Positions 32,310 through 42,598 are shown, numbered from the stretch's first letter. The stretch is DNA of 64,000 nucleotides from Candidatus Bathyarchaeota archaeon (GCA_963775685.1 CAVZJV010000014.1:992001-1056000), one strand, 5' to 3'. Notes: generated by a model from the letters alone, not told the origin. Made by a program: numbers and translations.

Positions 32310-33506
32310 TTATGGTTTAACTAGGTTTTGTTGGAGGATTTGCCCGGCATGGTTCGGAGTCCAACTCGGATAACCACTATTAAGCGCCATCGTACCAGAA
32401 TTACTCCACCACCAACCAGCAAAACCAATACCATGCTGATTCAACAACGCAAGCTCATTAGAATAAGCAGTATACTCATTAGTCAAATCAGAACCCGTAA
32501 ACGCCACATTACAGCCAACCTCACCAACCCAAAACGGATAACGCAAAGCCGCAGAATAATAACCCATCAACCGAAACGCCGCATCAACATCACTCAACGA
32601 ATAACCAAAAGCATTAGCAATCCCACCAGACCGCTGAACCGCATTATAATAAAGATGCGTAGTATAAACCAAATTACCAGAACTATCACTCAAATTAGCA
32701 TCAGCAATCCAACCCATATCACTAAGCGACGAAGGCCAATCAAGATTCACAAAACCCTGATAATTCCACTGGAACATAATCAAATTCTGCGCACCCGTAG
32801 CCCGAATAGCATTAATACACTGCTGAGCAGTAGCAACCCAACTATTATACGCCGCAGCAGAATAGTCACCAACAGGCTCATTCCAAAGCTCAAAAATAAC
32901 ATTCGGATAATCCTTAAGCTCCGAAGCTATACTAGCCCAATAACTAACAAAATCCTGCTGACTAGCAATCACAGACGAATCACCACTCTTAGAATAAGGC
33001 GGATACGGCAAATCACCCTGACCACCACCACTATAATAGTTGCGCACTTGATACCCAGTATAAATAATGTACAACCCCTTAGAAGCAGCGACATCCAACA
33101 GATTCTTAATCAACTGACGATGACCACCAATATCAAGTTTCCAATTATCAACCGACTGAACCAACCTAATCACGTTAACACCAGAACCCCAACTCTTAAT
33201 CGCATCAAGCTCTTTTCCAACATTAGTCGGATTCCAATCAGCAAGCTTCTTCACATAAGCACCATTCCAATAACCACCAGGATCACCCTCATACCCATTC
33301 TTATTCACACCCTTAAGCACAACAACATTACCCAAATAATCCTGGATGTCCTTACCCACAATGTGCAAAGGTAGAATGGAGTATATTTTACCAGAGAGTG
33401 AAATGGAGGCGTTTATGGATATAACAGAAGACACCAAAGGAATCAAGAGGATACATGAAAGTATTATCGAAAAAATCGCTATCGAGCTTAGTTTTAAGAT
33501 AATCAC
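32310..33506 (-). CDS. Exported glycoside hydrolase family 5 (cellulase-like)
   Basis: Signal/TM; LKGVN, NVIRL, FELWNEP (acid/base), THLY, VGEVG (nucleophile), GWWW. Confidence 0.88.
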   Translation of the reverse strand: MIILKLSSIAIFSIILSCILLIPLVSSVISINASISLSGKIYSILPLHIVGKDIQDYLGNVVVLKGVNKNGYEGDPGGYWNGAYVKKLADWNPTNVGKELDAIKSWGSGVNVIRLVQSVDNWKLDIGGHRQLIKNLLDVAASKGLYIIYTGYQVRNYYSGGGQGDLPYPPYSKSGDSSVIASQQDFVSYWASIASELKDYPNVIFELWNEPVGDYSAAAYNSWVATAQQCINAIRATGAQNLIMFQWNYQGFVNLDWPSSLSDMGWIADANLSDSSGNLVYTTHLYYNAVQRSGGIANAFGYSLSDVDAAFRLMGYYSAALRYPFWVGEVGCNVAFTGSDLTNEYTAYSNELALLNQHGIGFAGWWWSNSGTMALNSGYPSWTPNHAGQILQQNLVKP

Positions 33507-33667
33507 TCGTTTTCACCCTCAAAATATTCATTTTGAGGCTGCATTATTGCTTTTTTGAACATGGATTTGCTGGCTTCCACAATCTTTTGGGAGACGACAT
33601 TCGTATATTTAGTATTACTACATAAGTTTTTCGTTAAGTGGGCTACCGCCTTCAGAATTCAAAAAAA

Positions 33668-34258
33668 TCAATGGATACAGAATCTTTCAATGAACTTATC
33701 AATATCATCGTAAAAGAAATCAATATTTTTAACTATTTTATCGTCAGACCAATTCCACCAATGAATTGATAGCAGACTTTTTATTTGGTTCTCCGAATAT
33801 CGGAATCTTATCAGTTTTGCGGGCACACCTGCAACCACCCCAAATGCAGGCACATCATGAGTAACCACCGCGCCAGCTCCAATTATTGCTCCATCGCCTA
33901 TCGTTACTGCAGGAAGAATTATTGAACATGCCCCTATCCAAACATCACTACCTATCTTAACAAAATCACCTTTTGAGGGCAGTGTGTATTCTGGCTTCCA
34001 GAAGTTCTTGTCTAAAGTAGAGATTGGAAAAGTAGAAACCCTTTTGTGTTCGTACCCTTTTTTCGGTATATGCCCCATAGAAGGGATTATCACGACACCG
34101 GGTCCTATTGAAACAAAGTTCCCGATGGTTACTTCAGATTGAGGTAAATTTGCGTGTATAAAAGGCGTCCCGCTACAGTGTTTGCCCACTTGAATTGTGC
34201 CCTTGGGATATTTGCGGGTCCTCAATATATAGAGCAATAACGTCTTGAAACCAACCAA
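33668..34258 (-). CDS. CatB/Vat-like (XAT) O-acetyltransferase
   Basis: [27 protein letters not shown] tail. Confidence 0.85.
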   Translation of the reverse strand: MVGFKTLLLYILRTRKYPKGTIQVGKHCSGTPFIHANLPQSEVTIGNFVSIGPGVVIIPSMGHIPKKGYEHKRVSTFPISTLDKNFWKPEYTLPSKGDFVKIGSDVWIGACSIILPAVTIGDGAIIGAGAVVTHDVPAFGVVAGVPAKLIRFRYSENQIKSLLSIHWWNWSDDKIVKNIDFFYDDIDKFIERFCIH

Positions 34259-34478
34259 ATAACGTCACCTAAAGAAAACTGAGGTCAGTCATTCTATTAA
34301 TATTTCACTCAAACGGAAACAATCTGCGCCCATAGCAAAGTTGGGAACCAAATAAGCAATTTCCATAATTTCAGTTTATTCAAGCGCCCTACCAAAATGC
34401 TGAAAACGACAACATTTTATTTGGAGAACAGCAGATTACTATTTCCTTAAACCAATTTTTCATGGAATAATCCTTAAA

Positions 34479-35390
34479 TTAATTGGACGAATGATGCCCG
34501 TAACCTTCCAAGTGGGCTTTGAGAAAACCAAATGACCATGCAAGCCTCTTAAACCCGTAATGTAATGGTAAAAAAAAAACAAACTTTTTGTGGGTTAATA
34601 AATAAGCACCTGGGCTTCGTAAAACACCTGCTAAAAAACCCGCCATTGGACTCATCTTTAAAATGGAAATCGTATCAGGATTTTTGTGGAAAACAAAATG
34701 ACCGCCCCGTCCATACCAAATATATTGATTCCAAAGCGAAAGCCAAGTTGCCCGGGTTGATTCAGTGAAAGTTTGGTTGGTTCTTGCGATGGCCCATCCT
34801 TTGGCTTTGGCTCTAAACGCTAGTTCAGTGTCTTCAGCGGCCCCTTTCATCTTTGTATCAAAACCGCCGATTGATCGTATAGTTTTAGTTCTAAAAATCG
34901 AACCTTCGGTTCCTGGCAAATATCCAAGTTTTGAGGCACTCTTTTCGCCATAAACTGAACTAACTACGTACACTACATTTTCTAAGTCTGCCGCAATACC
35001 GTAACCCATGTGGGCACCATATTTTCCTCCAGCAATTCCAACAAGGGGGTTCTCTTCCATGAATTGTACTTGTTTTATGACATAGTCTATTGGTAGAATC
35101 ATGTCAGCGTCCATCCAGACGATGTATTTGCCAAAAGCGTTATTAACTACTATCTGTCGTGCCATTCCTAAACCCGAGTTTTCCTGGAAGATTCGATATT
35201 TAAACTTTGAAGTGGTCAAGGATTTTTCAACAATGTAGGAGGTAGTATCTTTGCTAATCCCTTCAACAACTATGATTTCTAAAGAATTTTTGGGGAAATC
35301 TTGTGAAAGTACACTTTCTATTGCCTCTCTAACAGTAGAAGCAACATCCTTCACGCAAAAACCTATTGTAACAAGACAGTTTGAATTCAA
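34479..35390 (-). CDS. Glycosyltransferase family 2 (paralog of 30641..31540)
   Basis: WMDAD, PGTEGSIFR, GGFD...AED; shares MSPxAGF and LPLHYGFK with the paralog. Confidence 0.9.
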   Translation of the reverse strand: MNSNCLVTIGFCVKDVASTVREAIESVLSQDFPKNSLEIIVVEGISKDTTSYIVEKSLTTSKFKYRIFQENSGLGMARQIVVNNAFGKYIVWMDADMILPIDYVIKQVQFMEENPLVGIAGGKYGAHMGYGIAADLENVVYVVSSVYGEKSASKLGYLPGTEGSIFRTKTIRSIGGFDTKMKGAAEDTELAFRAKAKGWAIARTNQTFTESTRATWLSLWNQYIWYGRGGHFVFHKNPDTISILKMSPMAGFLAGVLRSPGAYLLTHKKFVFFLPLHYGFKRLAWSFGFLKAHLEGYGHHSSN

Positions 35391-35427
35391 GAATAAGTTC
35401 CATCCGAAATTCTTATGAATAAGGAAT

Positions 35428-36600
35428 CTAAACCAGACCTATTTTCTTCAGGGTCTCTTCGCTAAGAAGTGACCTTGACTCCTGCTCGGTTTTCCACAAT
35501 TTAAAACCCTTTCTTTTGTTAAAAAACGAAGTCAAAGCGGTTAACAAAATGAGATTATTCTGTAAAATCTCAATCATCAATGGTCTTGTTTTTTTGACAA
35601 TAAATAAAGCAGAAAAAATTAAAACAAAAGTGAGCATAAACAAGGGGTAGTCAACAAAAGCAAACACAGACAAAAATCCTAGAACGACAAGAAGTAAAGG
35701 GTTAAAGATGTATAAGAAAATTTCCGGAACCGCTATCTTTTTCGGAATAATCAGTTTTCTATGTACAAGTAAATTTAAACATTTAAACCAGAGACTTTGC
35801 AGTTGGCTTGCTCGCCTAAGTTTTAAGTTCATTTTGTTTTTCCAAATTGTTGGAAAGGTTGTGTAAAAGCCTATTTCAGGGATTAAGAGGGCACGACTAC
35901 TTTTTTGGATAATATGTAAAGCAGTTCCTGAGTCATCCGTTGCGTGATCGAATTCATCGATCAAACTGCGTTTGAAGGCTGCAAATCCACCTTGAAAAAA
36001 TAGCGTTGAGTGCACTTTTGATTCGCCAACACGGAGAATCTGGATGTTCGTGTCGTAGAATTGTTCGCCCAGAGTAACCCATGAGCCACCGGGATTAAGC
36101 AAGAATTCCCTGGCGGTTATAGCACCAACGTTTGGATCAGAAAGGTAAAGCATTGATTTTTCCAGAATATCTGAAGGCCAGAAACAATCAGCATCTGAAA
36201 TTATTACCACGTCGGTTTTTACTGACTTGAGAGCGCGGTTGAGACAATGGGTTTTCCCTACATGCTCTTTGCTATCAAAAACACTGATTCTCATGTTTGG
36301 ATGAATAGCCATATATCGACTAATCTCAGACATGGCGCCATCTTCTGAAGCGTCATTAACAATGATTATTTGAGTTTTCTCTAAAGGATACTTAATTCTG
36401 CTCAAATTCTCCAGCTTAAGATGAATTGTTTTCTCTTCGTTATGAATAGGTACCAAAATCGCTACTGATGGGAGGTAATTCGCATCAATATTCAATCTCC
36501 AAGGTCTTGTCGACTGCTTTTTCATATGAACAAAATAAAAGGCGGGAACGCCGAGAAAGCAAGATCCAACAATAATCCAAGCAATTAATGTTATAATCAT
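35428..36600 (-). CDS. Membrane-bound GT2 (cellulose-synthase-like superfamily)
   Basis: N-terminal TM, PIHNEE, NDASED, GK, SDAD, TDD, C-terminal TMs. Confidence 0.88.
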   Translation of the reverse strand: MIITLIAWIIVGSCFLGVPAFYFVHMKKQSTRPWRLNIDANYLPSVAILVPIHNEEKTIHLKLENLSRIKYPLEKTQIIIVNDASEDGAMSEISRYMAIHPNMRISVFDSKEHVGKTHCLNRALKSVKTDVVIISDADCFWPSDILEKSMLYLSDPNVGAITAREFLLNPGGSWVTLGEQFYDTNIQILRVGESKVHSTLFFQGGFAAFKRSLIDEFDHATDDSGTALHIIQKSSRALLIPEIGFYTTFPTIWKNKMNLKLRRASQLQSLWFKCLNLLVHRKLIIPKKIAVPEIFLYIFNPLLLVVLGFLSVFAFVDYPLFMLTFVLIFSALFIVKKTRPLMIEILQNNLILLTALTSFFNKRKGFKLWKTEQESRSLLSEETLKKIGLV

Positions 36601-36812
36601 TTTTCATGAACCTGCCAAGTGGTTGATTAATAAGAGTAAAAGAAACTAATTCTCGTCCAGAAATTTAAAGTAAAACGTCCCAATCTTTATTTTGTATTCA
36701 AAATATTCTTCCGTGACCAAACTATTGATCTGTGACCCAATTGAATGATAACCTTTCTGAAACCTGCAACACAAACCGCCAGAGAGACCTATCAGCAGAT
36801 TTTCGCCTATCC

Positions 36813-37496
36813 CTATCGAGTCACGTTGAATTTTAAGTCAACAAAGCGTTCATTATACTGGAAGATACCTGCAGTGCTATTGTAAATCCATAGTTCAAAA
36901 ACCAAATTTCCATAAAGTATATTCTTTTGAGGGCTCCAATCGGAAGTATAGCCTTGTAAATTCAAGGTTTCGCCGTTAATTTTTAGGCTTTCAAAGTTAG
37001 CGTGTAGTAGATTGATGTTTTCAGCCCTTTGCTCTATGGTGTCATTTTTTCCAGGTCCTTGCGGCACTGTTACATTTTCATAAACTATGCGACTTACATT
37101 TTGGAAAGAATAATTAAAAGCGAAATCCAGAGGTAATTCAAAGCTCTCCTTGTCTGCAACAAACAAATTCAGATTGTATAGTGAAGGAAGATTGCTGGAG
37201 GTGCGGTTAAAATTGTCCGGTGCAGACTGGGTTTCATTTCGAACCTTTACTTGAACCTGATAGTAAGCGCAAGAACCCAATTGATTGGTAACGTCCAGAA
37301 ATATGTGGTAATTGGCGTTGTTAGTTATGTTGTAGGGATAATCCTGAGCCATATGTTCTGGACCAAGTAACGAAAGTTCAGTGAAGAACTCGGTGCGAGG
37401 ATAAACCAAAACATGTTGCAATGCGGGCGAAGCCACCAACAAAGCTAAAACCGCCACCACCAAGATGTACAATGCCTTATACTGAGTCAGATTCAC
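36813..37496 (-). CDS. DUF1616-domain protein
   Basis: TM followed by EFFTELSLLG...DYP; LVFELW. Confidence 0.78.
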   Translation of the reverse strand: MNLTQYKALYILVVAVLALLVASPALQHVLVYPRTEFFTELSLLGPEHMAQDYPYNITNNANYHIFLDVTNQLGSCAYYQVQVKVRNETQSAPDNFNRTSSNLPSLYNLNLFVADKESFELPLDFAFNYSFQNVSRIVYENVTVPQGPGKNDTIEQRAENINLLHANFESLKINGETLNLQGYTSDWSPQKNILYGNLVFELWIYNSTAGIFQYNERFVDLKFNVTR

Positions 37497-37977
37497 TCTT
37501 TAACGCCTCACTAGGCCCGTATTTGCGTTTCAAGCGAATCCAAACGACAAAACTGCCAACTATAACTATGATTGCGCCAACAACTGAAGCAACAACATTT
37601 AGCAAAAAATCAAACGTTTTACTCTGCGCCGCCGAAGCCTGCAATGATTGGGCATCTGAAATAAAGTCTGCAAGTTCACTTTGACTCTGAGCAGCTAAAC
37701 TCTGGGAAGATCCTAAGTCACCATTAGAATAGGCTAATTGAGCTTTAGATAAGAGTAAACCGGCACTGTTTAATCTGAGGGTCAACTGAGAAATGTTTGC
37801 GCCCGAAGATTCTGCGACTCTAGCAGCATCATAACATTGCACAAGTCTGCTTTGTGCAGCAGAAATCGCTGATGAAGTATCAACCTGTTGAGCCCAAACG
37901 CCTGAAAGCGCACTTAATGCTGTTACAGATAGTGACAGTATAAGAAATACGCCTATAGGTGCCTGTGCAGACCGCAA
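37477..37977 (-). CDS. Hypothetical exported helical protein with C-terminal TM anchor
   Basis: Signal-like N-terminus, Ala/Ser/Gln-rich helices, TM+KRKY; overlaps the DUF1616 gene. Confidence 0.7.
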   Translation of the reverse strand: MRSAQAPIGVFLILSLSVTALSALSGVWAQQVDTSSAISAAQSRLVQCYDAARVAESSGANISQLTLRLNSAGLLLSKAQLAYSNGDLGSSQSLAAQSQSELADFISDAQSLQASAAQSKTFDFLLNVVASVVGAIIVIVGSFVVWIRLKRKYGPSEALKSESDSV

Positions 37978-38111
37978 TTATCGTTCCTCTCAAGAAAACA
38001 TAACCGTTATAATATTTTAGATTTACTAATCAAGCTTTCAAACGATACTCTTTAGATCAACATTCAATGCTGCTTCTTCTCTGGATATTTCCATAAAAAG
38101 CCATTTTATCT

Positions 38112-39005
38112 CTACATCCTCTGAAGAAGTCTGAAAGTCTCCAGAGCATGACGTTCTTTTGAAACTCCCACCGCAACCCCATTCAGAGTCTCCAAGCCGT
38201 TTAGATACATAGCTGCATCGTTTAATTTTAGATAGCCAGCCGCTAAAATACTAAAAGAAATTATTTGAGCGTCCCGGCAATCATTCAACGCATCTTCACA
38301 GGCTATTTTAGAGGGATTCATCTGAAAACCTGCTTTGTTAAACGATGCGGCTATTGTTATTTTGCTCATATCAAAGTTCCATTCCTTTAGTTTTTCTACA
38401 AGGTAGGGAAAATTTCGTGTCTCAAATCCCGGACGGATATTGGTTTTTGAGAAAAACTTAACATATGCCCTAAAAAACCAGTCTAGATTTAAGGCTAAAG
38501 CCATGTCAGTCATTACCTCATGAAGCAAAACTGACTTCAAATTTGCATTTTTAGCTGCAGCGGATTTTATTCGAGATATCTCGTAAATTAGATATGTCTT
38601 AAGAAACGCTGTAGGATCAAATCTAATTAAACCTATAGAATTTGGAGCAACAGAAAAAATGTTTCTAGAAAACGCAATCTGTCGAGAAATTTGTTTTGCT
38701 AAACCGGAAACTCCGCCAACCTTGGTTGCCAACCGAACGTACTCATACGCATAAGGTACAAGAGCATATAAATCATACTTTTCCTCATGGTCAAGCCCCT
38801 TCAAAATCGAAAGGGTAGTTTCGCTGACCGAAAACATGAAACCAGTCGCACCGTTTTGAAGTGAAAGGTTCACTAACTGAGTGGCATATTCAATGTTTGA
38901 AGGATTATCAGTTATTGACCGTTCCCGTGCCCTTTGTTGAGAAAGATGACTTATGCCGTGAAAAGCGTTGTCGCCCACTAATAATTCTAATCGTCGTTTA
39001 CTCAT
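38112..39005 (-). CDS. Conserved hypothetical protein (possible aldo/keto-reductase-like TIM barrel)
   Basis: 297-aa ORF overlapping the upstream oxidoreductase; GDNAFHGISH, FNKAGFQMNP, ILAAGY. Confidence 0.65.
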   Translation of the reverse strand: MSKRRLELLVGDNAFHGISHLSQQRARERSITDNPSNIEYATQLVNLSLQNGATGFMFSVSETTLSILKGLDHEEKYDLYALVPYAYEYVRLATKVGGVSGLAKQISRQIAFSRNIFSVAPNSIGLIRFDPTAFLKTYLIYEISRIKSAAAKNANLKSVLLHEVMTDMALALNLDWFFRAYVKFFSKTNIRPGFETRNFPYLVEKLKEWNFDMSKITIAASFNKAGFQMNPSKIACEDALNDCRDAQIISFSILAAGYLKLNDAAMYLNGLETLNGVAVGVSKERHALETFRLLQRM

Positions 39006-39990
39006 TGACTTTCCTCCTTACCTGCTCAAGCAAGTTATCAACTTTTGTTGCAGTTTCAAAATTCGGTTCGGACGCAGCATCCGAAATTATTGAATTGATA
39101 AAATGGTTATTTTCTCTAAAATACTCTGAGTCCCCTAACAAGAAAGTAACATGATCGTCAAGATCCTGTCTGAGCCAAGTCTTCGGCACCTCATTGTTTA
39201 ATTCCAAAACCAATTCGGTGTCATCAACTTTTAGATTACCCTTAGCGCCATGAATTATCAATCCAAATTCAGGCATGCGATAACCTTCTTTAACCCAAGA
39301 AACATCAAATTTTCCTAATAAATCATCTAATCCAACAATTTCAAATTGCACTGAATCAGATTTTTGATTGGACGACGACGAAACGTTGATTGAGGAAAGT
39401 AAATTGCCGAAGAACCAAATTGCTAAGTCACACACATGAGAACCTAAATCTTCTATAACCCCGCCTCTACCGCCCGAAACTGCAGCTCTCTGTTCACCGA
39501 AAAAATCAGATGAATATGCGTAAGCGTCAAAAGAAGACACAGGACCTAATAGTTCTTGGCCCAGCAATTCTTTTGCTTTACCGAATGTAACAGAGAAACG
39601 TTTCATGTACCCAACCATTGTGTGTCCTTGGAGTTCACGGGTCAGATCGCACAATTCCTTAGATTGAACATAGTTTGAAGAAAGCGTCTTTTCAACAAAC
39701 AAATTACGAGCAATGCCTCGGACACAAACGTCTTTTACTATACTATAATGTGAGGAAATAGGAGTGGTAACATAAACTACATCAAGATCCAGTTTTGAGA
39801 ACTCTGCCAAATTGTCAGTAACTATGGGGGTCTTGAGTGTATTCTTTGCTAGTTTCCTCATGAGCCAACTCTTGTCGCATAGCGCGGCGAGTTGAACATT
39901 AGGCATAAAATTGAGCAGGGATGCGTGGAGTAAACCCATTTTTCCTAAACCAACAATGCCGACTTTTATTTTTTTATCTGAGGTAGCCAT
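38998..39990 (-). CDS. Gfo/Idh/MocA oxidoreductase
   Basis: VGLGKMG, FVEK, VGYMKRF, DLGSH. Confidence 0.9.
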   Translation of the reverse strand: MATSDKKIKVGIVGLGKMGLLHASLLNFMPNVQLAALCDKSWLMRKLAKNTLKTPIVTDNLAEFSKLDLDVVYVTTPISSHYSIVKDVCVRGIARNLFVEKTLSSNYVQSKELCDLTRELQGHTMVGYMKRFSVTFGKAKELLGQELLGPVSSFDAYAYSSDFFGEQRAAVSGGRGGVIEDLGSHVCDLAIWFFGNLLSSINVSSSSNQKSDSVQFEIVGLDDLLGKFDVSWVKEGYRMPEFGLIIHGAKGNLKVDDTELVLELNNEVPKTWLRQDLDDHVTFLLGDSEYFRENNHFINSIISDAASEPNFETATKVDNLLEQVRRKVNE

Positions 39991-40179
39991 GCTTCAAAAA
40001 CTCCTATATTAAATGTATTAGTGCGCATTTTAGATCAAAAAATGTAAGCAAAATTTACTTAAGTCAAAGCTAAGCTAAAGTTGCTGAAGTTCATAACTGT
40101 AACCGACGGTTAATCGCTCCAATCAATGTCGAGCAGAAAAGAAAGCTCAGCCCAGCCCTTCCCATACAGAGTCTAATTT

Positions 40180-41286
40180 TCATTTTGTTTTGCTGTCGAA
40201 GAATTTGCGGACATTTTGAGTTATATATGATATTTCATCTTCTTTAATTTGAGGAAAAATCGGAATAGTAAGACAGGACTTGCAGAATTCCTCTGCGTTT
40301 GGATAGGCTCCTTCATTGTAACCGAACATTTGCTGATAGATGGGTTGAAGATGAATTGGCAAAACATAATGAATTCCACAACTAATACCCTGAGATTCCA
40401 GCCAGCTTTTAAGCTCATCACGAAGTTTGGTGCGAACAACATAGAGATGATACACCGGATCTACATCAACAGATTCTTCGGGAGGCAAAACCAAATCGCC
40501 CAAACCTTCAAACAACCTATCGTACGACTTGGCAGTCTTTCTTCTCTTGTTATTCCAATCATCAAGATGCCTAAGCTGAACTCTGCCAATCGCAGCATTA
40601 ACAGAATTCAACCGAGAAGTAAAACCGACCACATCGTGGACGTACTGACTCTTGCGCCCACAATCTCTAAGTTTAGCAGCCGCAGCCGCAATTTTCTCAT
40701 CGTTAGTTGTTATCATTCCTCCATCCCCACCTACTGTCATATTCTTTGAAGGGTAAAAGCTAAAACAACCAACTAAACCTAGATTTCCGGTTTTCTTTCC
40801 AAAATATGAAGCGCCATGAGCTTGACAAGCATCTTCTATAACAATCATATCTCGTTTTTTTGCAATATCATTAATAGCATTCATATCCGCTGGATAACCA
40901 AACAAGTGAACGGGTAGGATAGCCTTTGTCTTTGATGTGATTGAAGCTTCCAATTTCAAAGGATCGATATTGTTAGTTTCTGGGTTTATATCTGAAAAAA
41001 CAGGAGTCCCCTGAGCGTGTATAATCGGGTTAGCACTTGCAATAAACGATAAAGGCGAAGTCACAACAATTTGACCAGGCTTGATCCCAGAAGCCAGAAG
41101 TGCAATTTTCAATGCGTCCGTTCCTGAACTTGTAGAAACGGCATAATCTGTACCGCAATACTTTGCAAATTCTTCTTCAAACTTATGAACGCTTTCACCC
41201 AAGACAAAGCGCTCTTTACGGAGGGCTTCGATAGCAACCTTCTCCATTTCATCATCGAATATTGGTTTGCCTAAAGGTATTTTCAT
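40180..41286 (-). CDS. DegT/DnrJ/EryC1/StrS PLP-dependent sugar aminotransferase
   Basis: SSGTDAL, PVHLFG, IEDACQAHG, SFYPSKN. Confidence 0.95.
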   Translation of the reverse strand: MKIPLGKPIFDDEMEKVAIEALRKERFVLGESVHKFEEEFAKYCGTDYAVSTSSGTDALKIALLASGIKPGQIVVTSPLSFIASANPIIHAQGTPVFSDINPETNNIDPLKLEASITSKTKAILPVHLFGYPADMNAINDIAKKRDMIVIEDACQAHGASYFGKKTGNLGLVGCFSFYPSKNMTVGGDGGMITTNDEKIAAAAAKLRDCGRKSQYVHDVVGFTSRLNSVNAAIGRVQLRHLDDWNNKRRKTAKSYDRLFEGLGDLVLPPEESVDVDPVYHLYVVRTKLRDELKSWLESQGISCGIHYVLPIHLQPIYQQMFGYNEGAYPNAEEFCKSCLTIPIFPQIKEDEISYITQNVRKFFDSKTK

Positions 41287-41513
41287 TCAATTACACCCAA
41301 TTTTATCAAGACATCTGTATACTTTTCGCAGTTTTTTTATCTCATAATGATTATCTGTCAATGGAAACATCTGAATTTTGCGAGATTAAATTATTAATAA
41401 TTCAACGTAAACCCTTTGGATTATGGTGGATTCAACTTTAGGGGAAAGTTTGTTATAGGAATTCTTTGTACCTGAATACCTGAATTTTGCAAGGGTGATT
41501 TTAAGAATCGTTC

Positions 41514-42260
41514 TTAATAGGTAGTCTCTGACATTATTCGCTTAAAAATTTCGACGCTATTCATAAATCCAAGCTTTTTCTCGCCTAACCGCTCACGATA
41601 TTTAATGGGAACCTCCATTATGCCAAAACCCTCTCGCTCTACATGATGATTAAGCTCCACCTCAACATCAAAACCCTTGGATTTCACATGCCAATTTTTA
41701 AGAAGCTGTGACCGTACAACACGCAAACCCGTCAAAGGATCAGCTAGTGATACTCCATTCAGAATGTTGTGTGTAAAAGCGATTATTCGGTTGCCCAGAT
41801 AGAAAACGCTGTTGAGACCCTTCAAATCTAAATATCCATTGAACCTATTGCCGCACACCATCCCCACCTCAGGGCGCGCCTCTAAGATTCTAATCATTTC
41901 CGGAACATGTTCAGCGGGGTATGTATAATCTGCATCCGTGATAACAACGTAATCAGCAGTTAAATTCGAATGCTTAATCGCTTGGGCTATTGCATCACCT
42001 TTACCGTCGCCAGCTTGGAAAACAATTTGCGCACCCATATTTTGAGCTACCTCAGCAGTTCGATCACTGCTTCTGCCGTCAACTACCAAAATCCGCGGAT
42101 TCCCAAGAGTTTTGTTTAATTCAGATATGGTGAGGCCTATGCCTTCTTCTTCGTTAAGCGCTGCAATAATAACTTCTGTAGAAGAAAGACCAGGCAACCC
42201 TATTTTCACGGTTTTATCAAACGCCCCTTTACCATAAAAATTCTTGTTCGAAAGCAACAT
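41514..42260 (-). CDS. DPM1-like polyprenol-phosphate glycosyltransferase (GT2)
   Basis: NEEEGI, VVDGRSSDRT, GKGDA, DADYTYP, GNR, DPLTG, FDVEVE, PIKYRERLGEKKL. Confidence 0.9.
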   Translation of the reverse strand: MLLSNKNFYGKGAFDKTVKIGLPGLSSTEVIIAALNEEEGIGLTISELNKTLGNPRILVVDGRSSDRTAEVAQNMGAQIVFQAGDGKGDAIAQAIKHSNLTADYVVITDADYTYPAEHVPEMIRILEARPEVGMVCGNRFNGYLDLKGLNSVFYLGNRIIAFTHNILNGVSLADPLTGLRVVRSQLLKNWHVKSKGFDVEVELNHHVEREGFGIMEVPIKYRERLGEKKLGFMNSVEIFKRIMSETTY

Positions 42261-42475
42261 TTCAGATACTCCACAAAAAACGAATATGTCAATTTCACAA
42301 TCTTGAATATTACTCGAAACCGCGGCAGCCCAAAAAACCCTGATAACTCATTTTTTAGGACGACCTAATTAGAAAAATAATGATCCTGTAATATTTTCCT
42401 GGTGACTTATTAGCACCGACAATTACAAAACCTTATATATTGAGAGTTAAGCGAGAATATATAGCAGGTGCAAAA

Positions 42476-42598
42476 ATGATAGGTGTAACCTGTAGAAAGA
42501 AACGCCGCAGACTTGCATTAATCCCACTCTCACCCTTGCTCTTCATAGTGTTTGTCGTCGGCTGGATTATCAGCTGGATAGGACAGTTAAGCAGCTAA
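42476..42598 (+). CDS. Unannotated 40-aa single-pass membrane protein (MIGVTCRKKRRRLALIPLSPLLFIVFVVGWIISWIGQLSS)
   Basis: Below the ORF-track cutoff; AGGTG RBS just upstream; TTATATA box at ~42433; basic stretch then TM. Confidence 0.6.
   Translation: MIGVTCRKKRRRLALIPLSPLLFIVFVVGWIISWIGQLSS

Noticed and set aside
32328-33374. 348-aa antisense ORF over GH5
   Set aside because: In register with GH5 and open only because the sense gene avoids TTA/CTA/TCA; Ile/Thr/Arg-rich nonsense composition
33668-34258. Chloramphenicol/streptogramin resistance gene
   Set aside because: XAT-like fold, but its context in a glycan locus favours sugar O-acetylation
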